Source: Erysipelotrichaceae bacterium
GTDB taxonomy: Bacteria > Bacillota_I > Bacilli_A > Erysipelotrichales > Erysipelotrichaceae
Direction of reading: 5' to 3'
DNA: 32,000 nucleotides
NCBI GenBank assembly: GCA_963663995.1
Contig: OY760660.1
Coordinates: 1,200,001 to 1,232,000, forward strand
Shown: one piece after another, positions 18,349 to 26,250 of the stretch
Numbering within the stretch: the stretch's first letter is position 1
Layout: each line of letters starts with the position of its first letter
Notes under the pieces: model-generated
The model's input: only the letters and a program-made list of their open reading frames with translations
What the model was told of the DNA's origin: nothing
The model's database searches: none
Translations under genes and position numbers: made by a program

Positions 18349-19233
18349 ATGAAGGGTATTATTTTAGCGGGTGGATCTGGTACACGACTTTATCCTCTAA
18401 CGATGGTCACATCAAAACAATTACTTCCTATTTATGACAAACCAATGATTTATTATCCACTTTCAACTCTAATGTTGGCAGGGATTAGAGAAATCCTAAT
18501 CATTTCAACACCTCAAGACTTACCAAACTTTGAAAGACTCTTAGGTGATGGTTCTGAGTATGGTTTAAAGCTTTCTTATAAAGTACAACCATCACCTGAT
18601 GGTTTAGCTCAAGCCTTTACTTTAGGAGAAGAGTTTATTGGAGATGATGCATGTGCAATGATCCTAGGCGATAATATTTTCTATGGTTCAGGTTTAGGTA
18701 AATATCTACAAGAAGCTGTTGAAAATGTTGAAAAAGGAATCGCAAGTATCTTTGGTTACTATGTAAACGATCCAGAACGTTTTGGCATAGTTGAGTTTGA
18801 TGAGACAGGTAAAGTTATTTCTGTTGAAGAAAAGCCAAAAGAACCTAAATCTAATTACTGTATTACTGGTTTATATTTCTATGATAATTCAGTTGTGAAA
18901 AAAGCGAAGGCATTAAAACCTTCTGCTCGTGGTGAACTTGAAATTACTGATTTAAATCGTGTTTTCTTAGAAGAAGGTAAATTAAATGTTCAACTTCTTG
19001 GACGTGGATTTGCTTGGTTAGATACCGGCACTATGGACTCCCTTTTGGAAGCTGCTGAATTTGTTAGAACCTTAGAAAAACGTCAAGGTCTAAAAATCTC
19101 AGCGATTGAAGAAATTGCATATCTTAAAAAATGGATATCAAAAGAAGAACTCTTAAAAGCTGCTAATCGTTATGGAAAATCACCATATGGTCAGCACTTA
19201 CATGCAGTTGCAAATGGAAAGGTAAAATACTAA
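18349..19233 (+). CDS. rfbA: Glucose-1-phosphate thymidylyltransferase
   Basis: 294 aa starting [18 protein letters not shown], with LGDNIFYG and FAWLDTGT motifs typical of RmlA. Confidence 0.95.
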   Translation: MKGIILAGGSGTRLYPLTMVTSKQLLPIYDKPMIYYPLSTLMLAGIREILIISTPQDLPNFERLLGDGSEYGLKLSYKVQPSPDGLAQAFTLGEEFIGDDACAMILGDNIFYGSGLGKYLQEAVENVEKGIASIFGYYVNDPERFGIVEFDETGKVISVEEKPKEPKSNYCITGLYFYDNSVVKKAKALKPSARGELEITDLNRVFLEEGKLNVQLLGRGFAWLDTGTMDSLLEAAEFVRTLEKRQGLKISAIEEIAYLKKWISKEELLKAANRYGKSPYGQHLHAVANGKVKY

Positions 19234-20252
19234 TGAAGATTTTAGTTACAGGTGGCGCTGGATTTATTGGTGGTAACTTTGTTAATTATATGGTTAAAAC
19301 TTATCCAAATGATACCATCGTAAATTTAGATTTACTGACTTATGCTGGTAATCTAGAAACCCTAAAAGATGTTGAAAACAAAAAAAATTATAAATTTGTC
19401 CAAGGTGATATTGCCGATGCTGAATTTATAGATAAACTCTTTGAGAAAGAACAGTTTGATGCAGTTGTGAATTTCGCAGCTGAAAGTCATGTTGATCGTT
19501 CCATCAAAGATCCAGGAATCTTTCTTAGAACTAATATCCTTGGAACACAGGTTTTATTGGATGCGACCCGTAAATATGAGGTTAAGAGATATCATCAAGT
19601 TTCAACAGATGAAGTCTATGGGGACTTACCATTAGATAGACCTGAATTATTCTTTACTGAAGAAACACCAATCCATACCTCAAGTCCATATTCTGCTTCT
19701 AAAGCAGGCGCGGATTTATTGGTCCAAGCTTATCACAGAACGTTTAAAGTTCCAGCAACTATTAGTCGTTGTTCAAACAACTATGGACCTTATCACTTCC
19801 CTGAAAAACTTATCCCTTTAATGATTTCTCGTGCTTTAAATGATGAATCACTCCCAGTTTATGGTAAAGGTGAAAATGTACGTGATTGGCTACATGTTTA
19901 TGATCACTGTGTGGCCATTGATTTAATCCTTAGAAAAGGACAAATTGGTGAAGTCTACAATATTGGTGGACACAATGAAAGAACCAACTTAGAAGTGGTT
20001 AAAACAATCCTTAAATCACTAGATAAACCTGAATCGTTAATTACCTATGTTACAGATCGTGCTGGGCATGATTTGCGTTATGCGATTGATCCTACTAAAA
20101 TTGAAACTGAACTTGGTTGGAAACCTAAATATAACTTTGATACCGGCATTCAACAAACCATTCAATGGTATTTAGATAATAAATCTTGGTGGCAAAATAT
20201 CCTTTCAGGATCCTACCAAAATTACTTTAAAGAACATTATAAAGAACTCTAA
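19233..20252 (+). CDS. rfbB: dTDP-glucose 4,6-dehydratase
   Basis: 339 aa with GGAGFIGGNF, SHVDRS, QVSTDEVYG and YSASKA motifs. Its start overlaps the rfbA stop. Confidence 0.95.
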   Translation: MKILVTGGAGFIGGNFVNYMVKTYPNDTIVNLDLLTYAGNLETLKDVENKKNYKFVQGDIADAEFIDKLFEKEQFDAVVNFAAESHVDRSIKDPGIFLRTNILGTQVLLDATRKYEVKRYHQVSTDEVYGDLPLDRPELFFTEETPIHTSSPYSASKAGADLLVQAYHRTFKVPATISRCSNNYGPYHFPEKLIPLMISRALNDESLPVYGKGENVRDWLHVYDHCVAIDLILRKGQIGEVYNIGGHNERTNLEVVKTILKSLDKPESLITYVTDRAGHDLRYAIDPTKIETELGWKPKYNFDTGIQQTIQWYLDNKSWWQNILSGSYQNYFKEHYKEL

Positions 20253-20276
20253 AAGAAGCTCAGTTGAGCTTCTTTT
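20251..20276. terminator. Bidirectional rho-independent terminator between convergent rfbB and the flavodoxin gene
   Basis: AAAAGAAGCTC-agtt-GAGCTTCTTTT is an 11-bp perfect stem flanked by A-/T-runs on both sides. Confidence 0.8.
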
Positions 20277-20281
20277 ATAAT

Positions 20282-20761
20282 TTATATTTTTTTAAGTTCT
20301 TGTGCCCATTCAAGGCATAAAGTAGTTGATGTTTCTTTTTCTTTTAGAACGTTTATAAATCCTTTCGTTCCAATCAGTCGATTATGTTTGCTGACAAGAG
20401 TTTCAGCTTTTTCGTCAAAGCCTTGATCTCCACCCTCATGCGTATAAAAAATAAAGACAAAACGATCCTTAAGATAATTTTGAATAAACGAACGAATAAC
20501 TGGAGCTACAGTCCAAGCCCACACTGGTGTTCCTAAGAAGATTCGATCATAATCATTTGGATTAAATCCTAAGTCTTTAAGTTGTGGACTTTCTTTCATC
20601 ATTGCTTGTTTGCCACCCCAAACATACTTTAAAAGCCCTTTTGAATTGAATTCTTTCACTGCTTCTAATTCGAAAAGATCACAATTAATTTCCTTTGCGA
20701 GTGTTTCAGCTATATGCTTTGTATTTCCTTCATATGAATAATAAACAACACAAGTTTTCAT
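20282..20761 (-). CDS. Flavodoxin family protein
   Basis: 159 aa. The N-terminal CVVYYSYEGNTKHIAE FMN-binding loop pattern and the size are typical of short flavodoxin-like proteins. Confidence 0.75.
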   Translation of the reverse strand: MKTCVVYYSYEGNTKHIAETLAKEINCDLFELEAVKEFNSKGLLKYVWGGKQAMMKESPQLKDLGFNPNDYDRIFLGTPVWAWTVAPVIRSFIQNYLKDRFVFIFYTHEGGDQGFDEKAETLVSKHNRLIGTKGFINVLKEKETSTTLCLEWAQELKKI

Positions 20762-20808
20762 AAGTTATTCTCCGTCTTCATTTTAACAAAATCTTTTAAA
20801 TTTTTTAA

Positions 20809-21483
20809 TTACCAAATATAAGGGATTAATCTGTCTTTCACATCTTCACAATAGTTTTGATAGACTTGTGAACTATTCTGTAAGCACTTATCCTCTTTAT
20901 AAACTTTAATAAAAATCAAAATGACAAGTAAGATGGATATCCAGAAGGATAAACGGCTTCTAAGACATAATGCTTGTTCAATGGTAAAGAGTAATAAGGC
21001 AGTATAGCTAGGATGTCGCATAAATCGATAGAAACCTTTTTGATTGATTTCTTTTTGTCCAAAAGAAAGTCGAAGATATGGACTATCACTCAACACTTTA
21101 ATGGCGAAGACTGCTGTTAATACAAATAGAATTAGACCAATATAAAAGGATTCAATATTTAATAATGATCCATTAACACGTGCATCATAGCCTGCTACAT
21201 ATGGGAGAAGAATCGTAATGCCTAATAGATAAACCAACTTAATTTGTTTAATCCTTTTCATCGTATTATCTTCATTTAAATTTCTTTCATTAAGAAAATC
21301 TGGTTTCTTTAAGGCTAGAATAAGATTTCCAACGATTCCTAAAAAAGAAAGACTTAGTAAATAGATATATAAAGAAAGAACACTGTTGTTTCGACTTGAT
21401 AAAATATAAGTGATTCCAATCATAAGTGATATAAATAATGGAGAGAATAGTGTTAACCATCCCTTTTGTGTGAGTTTATTCAT
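20809..21483 (-). CDS. Membrane methyltransferase, isoprenylcysteine carboxyl methyltransferase (ICMT)/PEMT-like family
   Basis: 224 aa polytopic membrane protein with the C-terminal motif GFYRFMRHPSYTALLLF (RHPxY signature). Its start overlaps the whiA stop by 8 nt. Confidence 0.55.
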   Translation of the reverse strand: MNKLTQKGWLTLFSPLFISLMIGITYILSSRNNSVLSLYIYLLSLSFLGIVGNLILALKKPDFLNERNLNEDNTMKRIKQIKLVYLLGITILLPYVAGYDARVNGSLLNIESFYIGLILFVLTAVFAIKVLSDSPYLRLSFGQKEINQKGFYRFMRHPSYTALLLFTIEQALCLRSRLSFWISILLVILIFIKVYKEDKCLQNSSQVYQNYCEDVKDRLIPYIW

Positions 21484-22399
21484 TATAACTTACCAGTTTA
21501 GCTAAGCGATGTTTCATTCCTGATTTTGAAATCACTATCCCACTTTTCTGTGCGTAATATTCGCAGAGTTCATTTAAAGATGCTTCTGGATGATTTAGTC
21601 TGAGTTGAGCCATTTCTTGGGTTATTGGATCTAAGTTTTCAAAGATTCCTTTTTGAATCAGTTCTTCAATGGCTTCTACTTGTTTTAAGGCAGCTTTTTG
21701 TGTCTTCATCTCATTCGCAACTTCACAGTTATCTAAACGTGTTAGCGAGTTATGAAAGTCTCTTTGGATACGAATATCTTCAAAATCTAAAACTGCATTA
21801 TTTGCCTGACACATTCTTAAAAAGTCAGATATTTTCTCAGATGATTTAAGATAGGTGACTTCATGACCCCTTCTTTGCGTACGTTTTACGTTTAAATCAA
21901 AACGATCCATAAGTTCTTTAATAAAGTCGGCATGTTCAATTGAACTGGTCACAATCTCCAAGTGATAATTGCTTTTTTGTGGAGAATTCAAACTACCAGA
22001 GGCTAAAAAAGCACCAGCTAAATAAGCTCTTGCACAACACTCTTTTTCTGTGAGTCGAGAACTGGGATGATCATTAAATCCTTCATCGCCAATTAATTCT
22101 AAGTCTTCTAAAATTTCATTAACTTTCGATGAAAGTTCCAATGAATAGATATTATTTTTCTTTAGATTACTTTTTTTGGATACAACTAACTGCATTTCTG
22201 GTGCATAACGTTCTTTAAGCAATTGAAAAATACGCTTAGCTGTTTGAGCGTTTTCAGTTTTGATATGTAATTGAATACTTTGATTGCGAATAATCATACT
22301 GGAACAAAGCTGAATAAGGGCAGCACTTTGTGCTTTCTTACAACAGCTATCTAATTCAACACTGACTATTTCATGTTTAACTTCTTGTGTAAAAGACAT
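21476..22399 (-). CDS. whiA: DNA-binding protein WhiA
   Basis: 307 aa starting MSFTQEVKHEI, with a LAGLIDADG-like middle region (RAYLAGAFLASGSLNSP) and a C-terminal HTH (ISKSGMKHRLAKL). Synteny is rapZ-yvcK-whiA. Confidence 0.93.
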   Translation of the reverse strand: MSFTQEVKHEIVSVELDSCCKKAQSAALIQLCSSMIIRNQSIQLHIKTENAQTAKRIFQLLKERYAPEMQLVVSKKSNLKKNNIYSLELSSKVNEILEDLELIGDEGFNDHPSSRLTEKECCARAYLAGAFLASGSLNSPQKSNYHLEIVTSSIEHADFIKELMDRFDLNVKRTQRRGHEVTYLKSSEKISDFLRMCQANNAVLDFEDIRIQRDFHNSLTRLDNCEVANEMKTQKAALKQVEAIEELIQKGIFENLDPITQEMAQLRLNHPEASLNELCEYYAQKSGIVISKSGMKHRLAKLVSYNE

Positions 22400-22402
22400 C
22401 TC

Positions 22403-23368
22403 TTAACCTCTAATATCTATAAAATAAGATTCGAAAAAAGCTTTGATCTTTTCAGGATCATGTCGGACATGTTTCTCTAAAATCTGAAGTAGACATGTTT
22501 CTATTAATTGATAATCATGCTGGTCATCTTTTATAAGAACTGGCCCAGCGTTTTCTGTTTCATAGCGATCTAATATTTGTTGGGGAAGTTTATCGTTAGC
22601 GACTAAGACAGTGTCGATATTGATGCTTCCATGTTTCTTAAGCGCATCGATGTGATCTTCTAAACTATAGCCTTCAGTTTCACCCATTTGTGTCATCGCA
22701 TTTGCGACATAGACTATCTTCGCTTTTGATTTTTTAAGGGCTTCACGTAAATCCTCGATGATTAAGTTACAACATAAACTTGTATAGAGTGAACCAATCC
22801 CAAGGATTATCACATCTGCTTCAGCAATTGCTTTTAGTGCTTCTTTAGATGCATAGACTTTTTCATCATAAAAAACTTCTTCTATCTTACAGCGTGATTC
22901 TGGAATATTTGACTCACCTTTAACGATTGTCCCATCGTCCATTCGTGCGAGTAATGTAACTACTTGATGGGTTGAAGGTACAATATCACCTTTGACATTT
23001 AAGACATGTGAAATGTCCATAATCGCATCCATGAAAGATCCGTTTTGTTTAGTTAAAGCCGTTAAAATTAAGTTGCCTAAGTTATGTCCAGCTAACTCAT
23101 TTTTCTCTTCATCTTCATCCTGTTCAAAGCGATAGCCCATGAGTGTAGAAAGTAAACTTTCTGACTCAGCTAATGCGATCATAACGGCACGAATATCACC
23201 CATCGCTGGAATATGATAAGTTTTTCTAAGTCGGCCTGTTGAACCTCCATCATCAGCCACTGTCACAATCGCAGTGATATGAATGTTTTCAATACTTTTT
23301 AAGCCTCTTAGAATCGTTGATTGACCGGTTCCCCCACCAATCACGACAACATTTAATTTCTTTGACAT
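22403..23368 (-). CDS. yvcK: YvcK/GlmR family gluconeogenesis factor (CofD-like, UPF0052)
   Basis: 321 aa with VVIGGGTGQSTILRGLK and DDGGSTGRLR motifs. Sits between rapZ and whiA. Confidence 0.9.
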   Translation of the reverse strand: MSKKLNVVVIGGGTGQSTILRGLKSIENIHITAIVTVADDGGSTGRLRKTYHIPAMGDIRAVMIALAESESLLSTLMGYRFEQDEDEEKNELAGHNLGNLILTALTKQNGSFMDAIMDISHVLNVKGDIVPSTHQVVTLLARMDDGTIVKGESNIPESRCKIEEVFYDEKVYASKEALKAIAEADVIILGIGSLYTSLCCNLIIEDLREALKKSKAKIVYVANAMTQMGETEGYSLEDHIDALKKHGSINIDTVLVANDKLPQQILDRYETENAGPVLIKDDQHDYQLIETCLLQILEKHVRHDPEKIKAFFESYFIDIRG

Positions 23369-23371
23369 AGT

Positions 23372-24220
23372 CTATCCTAAATCTCTGTGATCTTTATAAA
23401 CTTGATATTTCTTTCCATAATAATCAAATAGATAATTTACGATTGAAACAGAACGATGTTGTCCGCCGGTACATCCAATCCCTACCGTAAAGTGATTTTT
23501 ACCTTCTTTTGCATATTCTTCAAAAGCATAATCTAAGAATTTATCTAAGTTCTCGATAAATTTTTGAGTTGATTCTTTTTCCATGACATAGTCATAAACA
23601 TTTTGATCATTACCACTGAATGGTCTTAATGCTTCAATCCAATGTGGGTTCGGCAAAAATCTCACATCAAAGAGTAAATCCGCATCTAGCGGAACACCAT
23701 TTTTATAGCCAAAAGAAATAAATGATATAGAGAAAGTTGATTTGCGATTTACATCAATGAGTTGATTTAATCTTTGTTTAAGTTCAGTTGCGGTAAGTAC
23801 TGAAGTATCTAATAAGGAAACATTTTGTTCCTTGATTGATTTGAATATTTCTCTTTCAGCACTGATACCTTCTTCTAAAGTACTGGCTGCATTGCTTAAC
23901 AACATCGGATGCATACGTCTTGAAAACTTATAGCGTTTTAATATTTCATTATCACTCGCATCCAGTAAAACAACAGATAAAGGAAGGTTTAAACCTTTTA
24001 AATAAGTGTGAAAATTTTCAAAATCCGAGATATAGGTTGATAGTGCTAAATGTGAAAAACGAACATCGTTTTCACTCTCACAGGTATCAATTAAGGCTGG
24101 TAGTAATTTAAATGGTATTTGATCAATACATCGATATCCCATGTCTTCTAGAACACCCATCGCAGTTGTTTTACCTGCTCCCGACATCCCCGAAATCAAT
24201 ATGACATTATCAAGTTTCAT
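23372..24220 (-). CDS. rapZ: RNase adapter / nucleotide-binding protein RapZ (YvcJ)
   Basis: 282 aa with the Walker A motif SGMSGAGKT, plus DVRFLPNPHW and GCTGGQHRSV motifs. Confidence 0.93.
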   Translation of the reverse strand: MKLDNVILISGMSGAGKTTAMGVLEDMGYRCIDQIPFKLLPALIDTCESENDVRFSHLALSTYISDFENFHTYLKGLNLPLSVVLLDASDNEILKRYKFSRRMHPMLLSNAASTLEEGISAEREIFKSIKEQNVSLLDTSVLTATELKQRLNQLIDVNRKSTFSISFISFGYKNGVPLDADLLFDVRFLPNPHWIEALRPFSGNDQNVYDYVMEKESTQKFIENLDKFLDYAFEEYAKEGKNHFTVGIGCTGGQHRSVSIVNYLFDYYGKKYQVYKDHRDLG

Positions 24221-24242
24221 AAGCCATTGCCTCTTTTAAAAT

Positions 24243-24251
24243 ATTATACCA
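24243..24251 (-). promoter_or_regulatory. Extended -10 promoter element upstream of rapZ
   Basis: Minus strand reads TGgTATAAT, about 22 nt upstream of the rapZ ATG, followed by an AAAGAGG RBS. The -35 is poor. Confidence 0.4.
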
Positions 24252-24265
24252 CGCATCCGGGTGTT

Positions 24266-24808
24266 TCAATGTGTTTCGATGGTCTGCGAATGAGCAATGA
24301 TTGCTTCACATTCTTCATGTCCTAAAATCAATTCACTTAAATAAGCGATTACTAAGATTCCAACAATACTCAAACTTAAACGAATCAACATGAAGTTTAA
24401 TCCTAGCGAACTTGTTTCAAACATCAATAAAGGAATTTTTGTGGTAGACCATGCGCCTATCATGATAAAAACATTTCTAAATGAACTTCCTTTTTTCAAA
24501 AGCATGACTGCTATTGGAAAAGCTGCATATAATGGACCTGCTGCTGCAGAACCCATAAAGAAGGCAAGTAATACTCCTTTTAAACCACTTCCTTTTCCCA
24601 TCATCTTAATCATCGTTTCACGTGGCACCCAAACATCAAGTAAACCTAAAAGTAAAAAGACAGGTGGAATAATTTGTATCATTTCCCATAAGTTATTCTT
24701 AGTTTCTGTGACACTTGAGTTAAATAGATCCAGGTCGATGAAATAGAGAGCACTATAGAGAACTATTAAGAATAGAACTAAACGATATTTCTTGATATCT
24801 TTCTTCAT
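24266..24808 (-). CDS. Permease subunit (C-terminal-half homologue of UPF0718/DUF318-type permease; SMU_746c/747c-like split permease)
   Basis: 180 aa with ~5 TM segments (GSAAAGPLYAAFPIAVMLLKKG). The ATGA overlap with the upstream 158-aa membrane ORF suggests a two-subunit permease. The family call is from pattern memory. Confidence 0.45.
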   Translation of the reverse strand: MKKDIKKYRLVLFLIVLYSALYFIDLDLFNSSVTETKNNLWEMIQIIPPVFLLLGLLDVWVPRETMIKMMGKGSGLKGVLLAFFMGSAAAGPLYAAFPIAVMLLKKGSSFRNVFIMIGAWSTTKIPLLMFETSSLGLNFMLIRLSLSIVGILVIAYLSELILGHEECEAIIAHSQTIETH

Positions 24809-25281
24809 GCAAGTATCGCTCCAATCACAATCGCCACAATTATGGAAAAGAAGAAAGCTAAGACATTACGCGTAATACTTGCTTTCTTGCCAAAGTAGGA
24901 AATTTCAACTGGTAAGGTAATAATTCCTACCATCATCAAACTTGAAATTAGAGCTGCCAATTGCATATAGCCTGCTCCATTATTTTTTAAAGCGGCTGCT
25001 AACGGAAACGCAACAAAACCTGGTAAAAGTGAAATTGATCCAACCACTGCAGCGACAAATGTTCCTAAATAACCAGAATTTTCACCAACAAGTGACGAGA
25101 TTTGCTCAGGGCTTAGAATCGATAAACTAAAACCTACAAGCATCATAATACCCAACATTTGTGGAAGGATATTCATAAATGATTTATAAGCTTTCTTTAA
25201 TACCATTTTTGTTTTTTTCTTTGATTTAAAAAAGGAAACAATTAGGCCAGCTAAGCTGACAATATAAAGTACTTCTGTCAT
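24805..25281 (-). CDS. Permease subunit (N-terminal-half homologue of UPF0718/DUF318-type permease)
   Basis: 158 aa with ~4-5 TM segments (VVGSISLLPGFVAFPLAAALKNNGAG). It is internally similar in pattern to the downstream partner. AAGGAGAA RBS. Confidence 0.45.
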   Translation of the reverse strand: MTEVLYIVSLAGLIVSFFKSKKKTKMVLKKAYKSFMNILPQMLGIMMLVGFSLSILSPEQISSLVGENSGYLGTFVAAVVGSISLLPGFVAFPLAAALKNNGAGYMQLAALISSLMMVGIITLPVEISYFGKKASITRNVLAFFFSIIVAIVIGAILA

Positions 25282-25290
25282 AGTTCTCCT

Positions 25291-25319
25291 TATAAAAACA
25301 ATCAGTATCCTGATTGTTT
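25291..25319 (-). terminator. Rho-independent terminator after trxB
   Basis: Minus strand reads AAACAATCAG-gata-CTGATTGTTT followed by TTATAA. This is a 10-bp perfect stem, 13 nt after the trxB stop. Confidence 0.7.
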
Positions 25320-25332
25320 AAGTATACATAAT

Positions 25333-26250
25333 TTAGTGTTCCTGTAAATAATGGAAAGCCATTTGAGCAGCGATTGCGCCATCATTAACAGCTGTAACAA
25401 TTTGACGCAATGGTTTAACCACAACATCACCAGCTCCATAAATCCCAGGAACAGACGTTTCCATTTTTTCATTCACAATCATATAACCTTGTTTATCTAA
25501 AATATCAAAGCCTGCAAGTGCTTGAGTAGATGGTGTTGCGCCGATATATGGGAATATTCCATCACAGTCTTCAAGATGTACTTCACCTGTTTCAACATGC
25601 TTTACTTTTAATCCGATTACTTTTTGTTCATGAACAACTTCAACGGGAATATGCTTCTTTAATACTTTGATTTTTGGATTCTTTAAAACTTCTTCTTGAG
25701 CTTGAATATCTCCTCTAAAAACATCACGACGAATAACAATCAATACTTCTTTTGCGAATTGGGTGAGATAAACTGCTTCTTCTAAAGCTGAATTGCCTCC
25801 CCCTATCACAATGACTCGTTTATCTTTATAAAACGCTCCATCACAGACGGCACAGAAACTAACGCCTTTACCTAACATGGCTTCTTCACCTGGAATTTTC
25901 ATTTTGTTTTCGACACTTCCAGAAGCATAGATGATTGAGCGAGCTTTGATGATTTGACCATCTTCCGTCTCTAATGTTTTCACTTTCCCATCAATGACTT
26001 TAGAGACTAAACCATAAACTGTTTCAATTTCAAGTTCAGTCACGTGATTATACATTTTCATCGCGAGATCAACCCCAGAAACATGTGGTTCACCTGGCCA
26101 ATTATCAATTTCAAAAGTTTTCACTAGTTTCCCACCAGGTGCACTTGCTTCAAACATAACAACAGATAAACCTGCTCTTTTTGCATAGATAGCAGCAGTC
26201 ATCCCAGCTGGACCTTGTCCGACAATCGCTACATCATATTGTGTGTCCAT
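25333..26250 (-). CDS. trxB: Thioredoxin-disulfide reductase
   Basis: 305 aa with the FAD motif VAIVGQGPAG, the redox-active CAVCDG, and the NADPH motif VIGGGNSALEEA. Confidence 0.95.
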   Translation of the reverse strand: MDTQYDVAIVGQGPAGMTAAIYAKRAGLSVVMFEASAPGGKLVKTFEIDNWPGEPHVSGVDLAMKMYNHVTELEIETVYGLVSKVIDGKVKTLETEDGQIIKARSIIYASGSVENKMKIPGEEAMLGKGVSFCAVCDGAFYKDKRVIVIGGGNSALEEAVYLTQFAKEVLIVIRRDVFRGDIQAQEEVLKNPKIKVLKKHIPVEVVHEQKVIGLKVKHVETGEVHLEDCDGIFPYIGATPSTQALAGFDILDKQGYMIVNEKMETSVPGIYGAGDVVVKPLRQIVTAVNDGAIAAQMAFHYLQEH

